From positions 32,001-96,000 of the forward strand of contig CAVPKM010000007.1 in NCBI GenBank assembly GCA_963705725.1: a DNA stretch of 64,000 bases. The letters run 5' to 3'. Position numbers and translations under genes: made by a program. The DNA is from an uncultured Gammaproteobacteria bacterium (lineage in GTDB: Bacteria; Pseudomonadota; Gammaproteobacteria; UBA6002). The first letter of the stretch is position 1; every line of letters starts with the position of its first letter. The notes below the pieces were generated by a model. It worked only from the letters and a program-made list of their open reading frames with translations. It was not told the origin of the DNA and did not search any database. This document shows positions 53,091-64,000 of the stretch, one piece after another.

Positions 53091-54722
53091 ATGAACCCCA
53101 CGAAAAGAGTAGCAGCAGGCAAGCAAGCGGTGAATTGTCAACTGGTGCTAGAAAGTTTACTGCGACATTTACCCGGTCATGTCTATTGGAAAAATACAGA
53201 TGGGATTTATCTTGGTTGTAATGATCGTCAAGCACAAAGTTTAGGTCTGACTTTAGGCCGTGAAGTAATCGGTAAAACCGATTTTGAGCTCCCTTGGCAG
53301 GCAGAATTAGCAGCGCATTTTTGGGAAAATGATCGCCAAGTGTTAGTGAGCGGCTTATCAAAAACGGTAGAAGAAATGGCGGTGATAGATGGGAAGGCAG
53401 CCATGGTGTGGAGCATCAAGGTTCCCTTAAAAACCGATCAAGGTCAAATGGTCGGGGTGCTGGGGATTTCCATTGATATCACGGCGCAAAAAAAGGCAGA
53501 AGCCAAATTAATCCAAGCTAAGGAGAATGTGGAAGCGGCCTATTTGACTAAAACCCGATTTTTAGAAAACCTGCGTCATGATATTCGCACCCCGATCAGC
53601 GGGATGCGTGGCTGCATCCAGTTGTTGCAAGACTGCTTAGAGGAAAAAAATCCAGAAATAAAGCAAGCCAAAGAGTATTTGCAGGATGTAGATAGTTCGA
53701 GTAGCGAGCTCTTAAGCTTATTAAATAAGGTGACGATGAGCACTCAAGCCATGGATGGGGTGTCTGCGCTTAAAAAGCAGCGCGTTAATCTAAAGTGTCA
53801 ACTGCTTTCTCTATTAAAGCTCAATCAAGCACGAGCAAAAGAAAAAGGACTGAAGTTAGCGCTGAAATATGATGAATCGATTCCCTTATTAATTGGGGAT
53901 GGCGAGCGTATTGAGCAAATTCTGGTAGAGTTAATGAGCAATGCCTTAAATTTTACGGATAAGGGCGGCATTACCCTCACCGCTCAGCTTGCAAAGCAAG
54001 CAGGAGAGCGGGTCATTATTAAAATGATGGTTCAAGATACCGGAATTGGCATGACCCTTGAAAAGCAGCAAGCCCTATTTACGCGCTTACCACATTTATC
54101 TGCTGCTTATTCAGGCTTATCACGTGGGATGGGCCTAGGATTAGCCTTAATCAAACAAATCATCGATGAACTGGAGGGAGAGATTTATGTCGACAGTTGT
54201 CCAAAAAAAGGCACGACTTATACCTGTATCTTGCCGCTACAAGTTGCATTATTAAATGAGCAGGAACTGCAGCTGAATAAAAAAGCAGGCAATACGATTT
54301 CGCTCACTATGGCTGCAAAAGCACAGCCATTTTCTTCCCCAAAGGCGAGTGCAATTCGGGTATTGTTAGTGGAAGATGACCTGATCGCCCGGAAAGTGAG
54401 CGCGGTCTTGCTCACCAAGCTTGGATGTCAGGTCAGCCTAGCTGAAACGGTGGCTTCTGCTCTTGAAAAAATTAAATCGGAAAGTTATGAATTAGTTTTT
54501 ATGGACATTGGGTTACCAGATGGCAGTGGGATAGAGGTAGCAAAAGTAGCGAGGCGAAATAAGGCCAGTCAAAATCAAGCCACACCCATTATTGCGGTGT
54601 CGGCCCATGTTGATGAGGCAGGCAAAGCCGCTTGTCATCTTGCGGGGATGGATATCGTGCTTGCTAAGCCCTTATCGGAGGAAAAGGTGCGAGCTATATT
54701 GGCGCTTTTTGTTCGGAAATGA
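53091..54722 (+). CDS. Soluble hybrid histidine kinase PAS-HisKA-HATPase-REC
   Basis: PGHVYWK..G.YLGCN..GKTDFELPW; HDIRTP; NALNFT, DTGIG, GMGLGL; VEDD, MDIGLPD, KP; no TM segment. Confidence 0.92.
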   Translation: MNPTKRVAAGKQAVNCQLVLESLLRHLPGHVYWKNTDGIYLGCNDRQAQSLGLTLGREVIGKTDFELPWQAELAAHFWENDRQVLVSGLSKTVEEMAVIDGKAAMVWSIKVPLKTDQGQMVGVLGISIDITAQKKAEAKLIQAKENVEAAYLTKTRFLENLRHDIRTPISGMRGCIQLLQDCLEEKNPEIKQAKEYLQDVDSSSSELLSLLNKVTMSTQAMDGVSALKKQRVNLKCQLLSLLKLNQARAKEKGLKLALKYDESIPLLIGDGERIEQILVELMSNALNFTDKGGITLTAQLAKQAGERVIIKMMVQDTGIGMTLEKQQALFTRLPHLSAAYSGLSRGMGLGLALIKQIIDELEGEIYVDSCPKKGTTYTCILPLQVALLNEQELQLNKKAGNTISLTMAAKAQPFSSPKASAIRVLLVEDDLIARKVSAVLLTKLGCQVSLAETVASALEKIKSESYELVFMDIGLPDGSGIEVAKVARRNKASQNQATPIIAVSAHVDEAGKAACHLAGMDIVLAKPLSEEKVRAILALFVRK

Positions 54723-54933
54723 ATAAAGCAGAATATTGAATATCAGAAATGGCTTACAAATTTATTCGAACATTTTCTACATACAGCAGGATAAATTTTT
54801 TATTATGGTGGCAGAATAAGAGGTCAAACATGAATATTTTTAAAGGATTGATCTGACTGCTTAATGGACCCTATTCTCCTTGCCTCCTGAGTTTTATCTC
54901 GCAATTAACACATAAATCACATTAAGGTCTGAC

Positions 54934-57900
54934 ATGCAATACAAGCAGCAAGCGTATCCCTTTAGTTTAATTTCAAGTAAGGGATTAGGAAAAACCTACT
55001 CGTCCTTCGATAAAATTGGACCGCTTCTGCCGATGAAAGGATTTGGCGCGGCAGGATTAACATTTTATCCGAATGTGGCAATAGGGAACTTATTTTTTCA
55101 AGACCATATGCTAAAAATTGAAGAGCAGGGCGGGATCCTTGAGCTTGGGTTTATTTACAATAGTCAAGCAGCAAGCGTGGATCCGGTTTGGCAGTTTGCG
55201 CATCCTAAATTTTATTTGTTATCGCGTTATTCTCAGCAAGTAGTGCTTTCTGAAGCAGATGGCTATCGTACAATCTATACGTTAGATCTCAAAAGCGGTT
55301 TTTTTTATAGTGAGACAGGCTCAAGAAAGGGAATCGCTTGGCTTTATTATCAGGAAGCCAATCAGCAATGGGTGCATTATCGACCTTTTGATCAAGTGAC
55401 GGAATATTTTAATGCGGAAGGATTGCTAGTAAAGCGTGAAACGAAAGCCGGTAACATCACAATCTATTATTATGATGCGTATTTACGCTTAAAAGAAATC
55501 ATTGGTGCAAGTGGTAACCGGTATAAATTTCACTATCAAGAAAATACACTTTCTCTTTATTTAGTGACGCTTGATTCCTCCGAGCAATTGTTGCAATCCT
55601 ATTTGTTTGATCTTGAGGGAAGACTTACCTTAAGCCAAACGCCGGATGGGTATCAAACCCAGTATTTTTACAGTGAAGTGTCTGCTCGGCAATTATTGGC
55701 GGTGAAACAATCTGACCAAACGATGTTAGGTTTTGGTTATGATCATTCCAATCGATTAGTGGAATGTTGTTTAGGCGATGCCTCCACGTTTACTTTGCAG
55801 TATCCAAATGAAACACAGCCGGATTTTTTGTTCAGCGATCCTGTTGGTGGCACGACCTCACTCAAGCTAAATGACCAGGTAGCTATCATTGAAATTGCGC
55901 GATCTCAAGGTATCGGTGCTGATTTTAAGGAAAAATTGATTACCGCCTATCATTACAATGCGCTGACACAACTGACGCTTATCCTTCATCCTAACCAGGG
56001 CCAGGAAGGCTTAAGTTATACCGATCGCTTTGGGTTGGTGCGCCTGAACGAAGGGCCAAATGGGCAAATGGTCGAGCAGGTCTATGAAGAAGAAGCGATG
56101 GCTGTTCGTTTGGTTGCTGACATTCAGTATGAAACGGTTCATGGCAGAAAAAATACGCTTTTAGCGACTTATTATGTTTATGACACCGATTTTAATCATC
56201 AATATACTTTTTTACGATTTAAGATTAACCCCTTAGGCAACGTGACGGAATATCGTCCGGATCGATGTGGCAATATTGCATCTGAACGAACCTATTTGGG
56301 CGGGATTTTTGATCGAAATCAGCGAGATCCCCGCCAGGCGCCGACTTTATCAGAGATAAAAGCTTGGGTGAGCCTGCAAGATGCCGCTAAGGTGAATTTA
56401 GTTGCCTATGAATATAATCTGAGAGGGCAATGGCAACATTACTGTCAATACGCTGAGGTCGATCAAGCAGGAAAGGGGAAACTCGATGAAGCCATGGGTC
56501 AGATTTATACCTTTCGAACGCTGTATGGGGAACCTTTTTTTAAGCAGGTGAAACAAAATAATATTCAGGCAGCAGTGACCCGGCAGCGCTTTGATGCGCT
56601 AGAGCGCCTGCTGAGTAGGACCGATGCCCTTAATCAAACCACGACGGATGACTATTTTGATGCTAAAGGCCAGGTAAAAATCATTTATCCGAATGGGAAA
56701 ATTGAGATTCGGCAACAAGATGCGAGAGGAAATGGCGTTTCCCTGCAAGAGATCGTAGCGGAACAAGAGAGACTCACGCAGTATCGGCGAGATGCAAACG
56801 GGCGGGTGGTATTAACGACCAGGCCCGATGGGGAGTTTCTTTATACTTTTTTTGATCATCAAGATCGCCTCAAGTTTTGTGTCACAGCGCTTGGAATCGT
56901 CACCCAGCAGGTTTATGCGGTTAAAAACCGTTTTGTTTCGACCACCGTTTATGCCAAGTGCATTGATACTCGGCAATTATGGCCGAGTGATCCGCCACCA
57001 CCTGGCTCCCTGCCGCAAGTTGATCGCTTGATCGCCTTATTGCCGGGTATTGCGGATGAGAGTATTGATCAAACACATTATACCTTTTTTGATTTTTCTG
57101 ATCGCCCGATTTATGAGGTGGATGAGGAAGGGTATGTCACGCAATTTCAGTACAATGCGCGCAATCAAAAGCGGGTTGAGATTGCGTATGCCAACCCTTT
57201 AGAGGATGAGCAGTTAGCGGAGTTAAAAGCAGGAAAGACACTTGCTCTTCCCATTGATTTCAATCAAGACCGAGTAAAACGGGATTTCTATGATAATAGT
57301 GGCGCGCTAATTGGTGAGCAGAATAGCGCAGGTTATGTGACTGAGTATGTGTTAGATGGGGCAGGAAATACGAAAGAATGCATTCGATATCACACCCCGA
57401 TGCCGCTTGATTTAGCACTACGCGATTTTGATCAAGTGCGGCCAAATGCTGCTTTACTCGATGCGCATACCTATTATTTTCGCAATAGCAAAGGAGCGCT
57501 GGTCGGACAATTCGATCCCGCAGATAGATGGGGAGAATATTATTATACGGCGCATCACGCTTACCCCAATGGCTTAATCCAAAAAAGTATTCGATATAGC
57601 ACTAAGGTGAGTTTTCCTCTGCTTCTGCCCCCTCCAGCCAATCCCGAAGCCGATGAAATCACTCTCTATCGCTATGATCTATTAGGTAGGCTTTTAGAGA
57701 CCGTTTTTCCGAATCAGAAAAAAGACCGTCTTCAATATAATGTGTCGGGTAACGTGATTTCAGCTAAATCTCAGGATTTACACTTTCCTGACTTGATGGA
57801 TCCTGATCATCAGCGAGCCAGGCATGCGCATTACGATGCTTGGGGCCAAAAAGTTAAGGAAACGAATGAGTTTGATGGGGAAATCTTCCATCATTATGAC

Positions 57901-60900
57901 CCGATAACCGGGCTGAAAACCCATACCACGGATGCCCTAAATCGGACCACGTATTATTTTTATGATCTTGATCAACGGTGGGTGGCCTCAGTCAATCCGG
58001 TAGGGGCAGTAGTGAAATACGAGCGGGATGCGTTTGGGGAGCGAATTAAAACGATTCGTTATGCCACGCCTGCTAAGGGAATCCCTACAGGGGGTTACCT
58101 CACGCCAGAGATTGAGAAACACTTTATTGCGGATCCTGAAAAAGACCAAGTGGTGTTATTCAAACGCAATCGTTTGAGCCAAGTTGTAGAGCAAATCGAT
58201 GCGAAAGGCAACATGAGCACGTTTAAGCATAATGGCTTTAAGCAAGTAGTGGAAAAAAATTTACCGGTAGCAGGTCCCCATCCGACGTTGAGGTTATCCC
58301 ACGAATTTGAAGTGCGTGGATTAGCGATTAACACGCGGATTGAAGCACTGGATACCCCGGTTGAGCACATTGAGCGGGCTTATGCGAATTTTTATGGCAA
58401 AGAGACTTATAAAAAAGATGCGCGTGGCGGGGTTTATCGTACGTTTTATGGTTGTCGCGGTTTAGTGAGTCAAAAAATTCAAGAAAGCGGCGCTGGCGAG
58501 GCGAGTCATTTTTTCACTTATAATGCGTTTGAAGCGTTGGCTACTGAAACCGATGCGTTGAATCAGACTACCACCTATCACTACAATCATCTGGCCCGTC
58601 AACATACTCTGCATTTCCCGGTTCATGGTGTCACGCAAACCCTTATCCACAATATTTTTGATGAAAAAATTCAGGAAACGGACAGTTTGGGCAATCGCCA
58701 ACGCTTCGAGCATGCAGCAAATGGTCAAGTGCAGATTGATGAAGATCCACTGGGACACATCACGCGTAGCGAGTTTGACCTGATGGGGCAGCTCGAGAGC
58801 AAGATTGATGCTAAGGGAGTGGAAACAAGGTTTAAATACAATGAAGCGGGGGATCTATTATTCCAAATTGAAGATGCGGCGGGCTTAGGGCTTCAAACCC
58901 ACTATCAACGCGATGTGTTTGGCAATGCGCTGCAAATCACGAATCCCCGTCAAGTCGTCACGCAAAATACCTATGACCAAACAAACTGCTTAACTTCAAG
59001 CGTGCTGGATGCGATTGATTCCGGTTTAAATTTAACGATTCATCCCACTTACAATGCAATGGGAAAGGAAGAGGGCAAGCAGCAAGGCGATAAGGTTAAC
59101 CCTTTGCAGTATGAAGAAAAATATCCTCTCGATGGCCGTGGTCGACAGATCGGTAAAACCCTCGATCCAACTGGCTTAGCGCTCGCTGCTCACCAGCACT
59201 TGAATGCAGCAGGAGACGTTATTGCTGAAGTGGATTTCAATGGCAATGTGACGCGCAAATTTTATGATGATTTCGGGCAGCTTCGTTTTGTGGTGGACCC
59301 AGAAGGTGGGGTGACTGAGACAAATTATGATCTTGTGAATCGAATCCATTATACGCGTCTTTATGAAAAAAGCATTAATCCGGATCAACTGACCGATCAA
59401 ACCGATCTTCACACCTTGTTAGGGTTAGTCGAGGTAGATTCGCAAGATAGCATCCTGTTTTATTTTTATGATGCAGATGGGTTAGCGCGGTTTGAAGTCA
59501 ACGGGTTAGGAGTAGTGGCGGAAGGTGCTACGACCTAGCGCGCCGTAGAATCAAGACAATCCATTATGCCACGCCGATTAACCCCGCGCTGTTGCCGGTC
59601 CTAACCACGGCCGCACTGAGCAGGCTGGTCAAACTGGAAGAAAAAAATCCCAAAAACCGCATCTCATATTTTATTTTAGATGCAAAAGGCCAGCAGCGAT
59701 TTTGCATTGATGCTGAACATTATCTCTCTGAACAGCGCTATGATGCCAATGGAAATGGGATTGCCAACATTGCCTATGCGCATCGCCTTGCTGATCCAGA
59801 GAAAATTGCTCGACTCGCGCCACTTGAGGTATTAAAAAATATCACGCTCGATCCTTTACTCGATCGCACCAGCTATCAGGTTTTTGATCACGTAAACCGA
59901 CCGGCATTTCGTGTGGATGGGGAAGGGGCGGTCACACAATATTTTCATGATGAAAATGGAAATCTTATTCAAACGTGTCAATATGCAACCAAAATTGCGG
60001 TGCCAAGTGAGTACCAAGACTTAGTGATTCGATTAAGGCAATTGACACCGAGTCCCCAGATTGATCGCATTAATGAATACAGATTTGACCACGCCGATCG
60101 TCAAATTGGCGAAAAAGATCCCTTGGGTTATGTGGATGAATTTAGAAAAGATGCGGTAGGAAACACGATTTTGCATCGTGATCGTGCAGGCAATGATTGG
60201 GGATATCAGCATGATGGGGCCAATCGCTTAACCCTTGAAACGCTGCCAAAGGTGGGTGTGACCGCTATGACAAAAAAGATCGCGCATAACCAGGTGACAT
60301 TGTCTGACCAAACCCGCGACATGGCCATTGAAAATAAAAAAATTTTAGATGCCAATGGCAATGAAACACAAATCATCCGAGCGGCGAATACGGATGCCCC
60401 AAGAATTCTCCACTGTACTTACAATAAGCGCCGTCAACTTGTTGGAACGCGCATGAATCAAGTGCTGATTGATGATGAAACGAAAGCCCCAAGCTTTGAT
60501 TTCCCGCCGGTTAAAGTCGTCGATCTCACTACCCAGATTGTTTATAACGCAAAAAAATTAAAAGTTTGTCAGCAGGATGAATCCGGCAATTGGTCTTTTT
60601 TTGTTTATGATTGTGAAGGCAATTTATGTGATGAGGTCGATCCCCTTGGCGCGGTCAAGCAGTATGAATACAGTGCCTTTGGAGAGGTGATCCACGAAAG
60701 GGCCTTTGCCACTCCCATTCAGTTAGATTTAGCGCTTTTTACGCAAACCGGTATTCCGCTTTCAGTGATTCAAGCACCCGGCGTGATCGAACCCAGCCTT
60801 GATGATCGTCTAAAAACCTATGTGCGGGATAATCGTGGTGATATTATCTTAATTGAACAAGGTCCCACCTTCTATTATTTGCCAAACGGCAGCGATCAGC

Positions 60901-63900
60901 CGAGCTATCAATTGGGATATTCTCAAGTGAAGTCGCATTATAATGCCTTTCGAGAATGCGTGCACCAAGGTGTGTTAATCGATCCGAAAGCCGATACTTG
61001 GACACAACGGCTTGAGTGGTTTGATCGAAATGGTAAGCAGGTAGCCAAATGTGATCCCGAGTTTAGGGTGGTCCGCATCCGCTTTGATGCATTTAGCAAT
61101 GCTATTCAAAAAATGGAATGGGCAAATCCACCAAAAATGCTGCCAACTAGGCTCACCCCTTTACTCGAACTAGACCACAGTCATGTTCCTTCTCTAGCGG
61201 ATCGCCATTTTATTTTTGATTATGACTTGGCGGGGCAGTGTATTCAAAAAACCACCAAACAAGTGATCGTGCAGCAGATTCGTTTTGGGGTCAATAATAT
61301 TCCCGCTATGGAAAACAAACCCGCTCAAGATTTGATCCAACAATACCAATATAATCCCTTAAGAAAACAAATTCGCCTCACCTATGAAGACGGCTCAACA
61401 GCTTTCACCTATTACAATGCGTTAAGCTTAGTCATCGCGAGAACGGGTTGCCCGCGCGAAACCCTGTTTGCTACGACACTGATTCCGTTAAGTTATTTTG
61501 GCTATGATGCGTTTTTGCAGCAAGTGATGACGACGCGCTTTAAAAAAGGGACAGCGGCAGCCAACTTGGATTCGTTGCCTGTGCCAATTAAGCGAGATAA
61601 CGGCGATCAAACGGAGTTAACCTACCTGGATTCTCGCGGTCGTGTAATTTATGCACAAGATGCAGCCGGTGAGGTTGAGGGCTTTACCTATAATGCGATG
61701 GCGAAGGTTGCCCTGCAGTGCTGGCGCTTGACGAACACGGTCAATGGAGTGGTGGTGCACTTGGATGCCAAACGCTTTCATTATGATGCGATAAATCACG
61801 TGATCCGTCTTTTTTTGCTTCGTGATAATCAAGCAATACAAATGACCGCTTACCAATGGAATCTTTTTGGCAACTGCATAGCAGAAGGACCGGGTAACCC
61901 TAGCTGCCCCCTCATTCGCCGCTTTGATGGTCTGAATCACCCTTGGTTTGATAATGAAGGCGGCCTCGACAAAATCACGCTCAGAAATTTATCAGGGGAA
62001 GTGACCGTGCGGTTAACCTCACCGACCAAAGATTTAAGACAGGTGACTTATGATGCGTTGCCCACTGTCCTCACTTGGACCCACTTAGACTTACTGCGAG
62101 AAGAAACCGTTCGCGATCGATTGGGACGCAAGATTTTGAGCACGAAGCCAGCTTATAGCCGGCCCGATACCCGCCATCCCATTGATATTCCCTTAAGTCT
62201 TGCTGTGGGCAAACAGTATCCAGCATTCGGCGAGGTGAGCTTAAGTTGGATTGTCCCACAAGAAAAGACGGTGGTGCTAGAGTGTTTCCTCTGGCCTTTT
62301 GGCCATCCTGAACAAAAGCAAGCCTTGCCTATTCAGACAATAAATGGGCGTTGTGGCTTGGGGGTTTCACACTTATTGGATCGTTATCGGTATCAAATTA
62401 ATTATTATTTTATCAATCCCCTCACCAAACAGCTTGAGGCAACCCCGATGTTTCAAACAGAAGGGGAAGTGCAGATTGTGGGGAATTCGCTCAATCCATG
62501 TTTCAACCTCCTGGTCACCGTCGAAAAGGAAAATCAGCTGATATTATCGGGGAATACAGAAGGGATAGAATCGATCTCGCTCTGGCAGGATAATCAAGAA
62601 ATTGCAAAGATCCCCGTGCAAGTTCAGCAAGATAAGCGGTGGGTTAATTTAAGTGCTTACCCTTCCGGTTGTTATACCTTACTCCCTTTAAAAAAGGACA
62701 ATGTCGCCTTACCTGAAAGCTTGCCCTTTACTATTTATACGACAACACCGTCAAAGGTGCCGCTTGCAAAAGAAATTCAAGCAAGTTTTAGCTTATCGTT
62801 TTTAGCGCAAAATGGGTACCATGGGCAGCTAGGTTGGCAAGTATCTGATTATGCAGCAAGCCCGATCGTGATGACCTGTCATTACTTAGATCAAGAAGAT
62901 CAAAGGCGCATTCATGAAGACACGATTTTTCCGGGTACAGATAAAGGCCAGTATACCGACAGCCGAGGAAACACCTTAATTTGCAATACGGAATTTGCCT
63001 ATCCTGTTCAGGCAGTGTTGGCTCTTTCTTTATCGATTCAATTGGATGAAGACGATTTAGTGCCAATTGCGGCTTATGCCCAACCGAGCGCCGCAGCAGG
63101 GGATGGCACAAATGTCATTCTAGCCAGTTATTTTCCCGGAACCACGGTTCTTTATATTGCGCCGCTAAGCGGGTTTGATCGGCTGCCCACGTTATCGTAT
63201 TTGGATAGGACATTGGATCGCTTAGCCGATTGGAAGCCCTTGCCGGCGATGGGGATGACGCGAAGCGGTATTATTGTGGACGTGTCCGATTTCTTGCCTT
63301 GTGTGTATCCGTTTAAATTAGCAGATTCCCTTAGCTTTCTGCCGGATTTTGGGCAGGGAGCGGCCTATTTCGCCAACCTGCCCGATAATTCGACTTCGCT
63401 TACTTTAACAGAAGTCATTCCCTTCGCACTCCCTTATCGAGAAGAAAATTTTCGGTTGTTTTTTACCGATCGGACATCGGTCGTTGATGTATTAATGCAG
63501 CATCAAACAAATGAGACGATAAGAAAGCAGTTAGCTCCCGAAATCTTAGAAGCCTTAATTCAGGCATCCTTTACTCTGGGGAAAGCAGCAGAGCTTAATC
63601 TGAAAAATCCCTCGCTTGAATTTTGCGCTAAGCAGGAAGTCTTTGAACGTTACCTGCATTTCTTAAAGGAAAAAGGCGAACTGGGTTGGATCGCGGCGTT
63701 GATTTATGCCAAATCGCAAGACATGAGCGTTTATTTTTGGGAAAAATCGCTGGATAAGCCAGGATCACTTCACTTAGTTGGGTTTCATGACGCAGGTCAA
63801 CTGGCGAAAAAAACCTTATATTTTATGGTCTCAGGCTATACCCAATTTCATGTATTCTTACCAGAAGGAATAGGTTTAGCAGACCGCTATTCCCTCAATC

Positions 63901-64000
63901 CCACTTATTCTTTTACGGTATCCAAGGGCAGTCAACTTTATCCCAGTAGTCCTTTGCCGGCACCTGAACCTATTCATGTGTTGCCGAGTCAGCATTTTGA
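54934..64000 (+). CDS. Giant YD/RHS-repeat protein (>3000 aa), one frameshift at ~59522, runs off right edge
   Basis: YD repeats throughout; after ORF 54934..59538, frame 3 from 59523 reads RCYDLARRRIKTIHYATP and was open at the points checked (62.3, 62.8, 63.3-64.0 kb). Confidence 0.85.

Overview
AT-rich Gammaproteobacterial chromosome segment. Gene order and eukaryote-like effector genes suggest a Legionellales/Coxiellaceae-like intracellular bacterium (inference). 1-33.5 kb is mostly core: hmgL, mtaD, gyrA-serC-aroA-cmk-rpsA-lapAB-comEA-galU, ccm operon, porin, uvrB, aspC, tRNA-Asn. The ccm operon is split between ccmB and ccmC by a ~9.5 kb insert carrying a leu cluster with a LeuA-IlvE fusion, lrp and hipBA. 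Downstream of tRNA-Asn is an accessory region with general-stress genes, one intact IS256 with an 8-bp TSD plus two remnants, and two U-box effector-like genes (one fused to a ubiquitin-like domain). It also has a MerR-QueF fusion behind a MerR-type promoter and two copies of a ~490-bp structured leader containing a 64-codon uORF. The second leader copy heads an operon encoding a tRNA-dependent cyclodipeptide synthase and a soluble PAS hybrid kinase, which is my best candidate for an undescribed signalling system. A >3000-aa YD/RHS protein follows. Several single-base frameshifts, including one in essential gyrA, look like assembly indel errors. All family calls are from motif recognition, not database searches.
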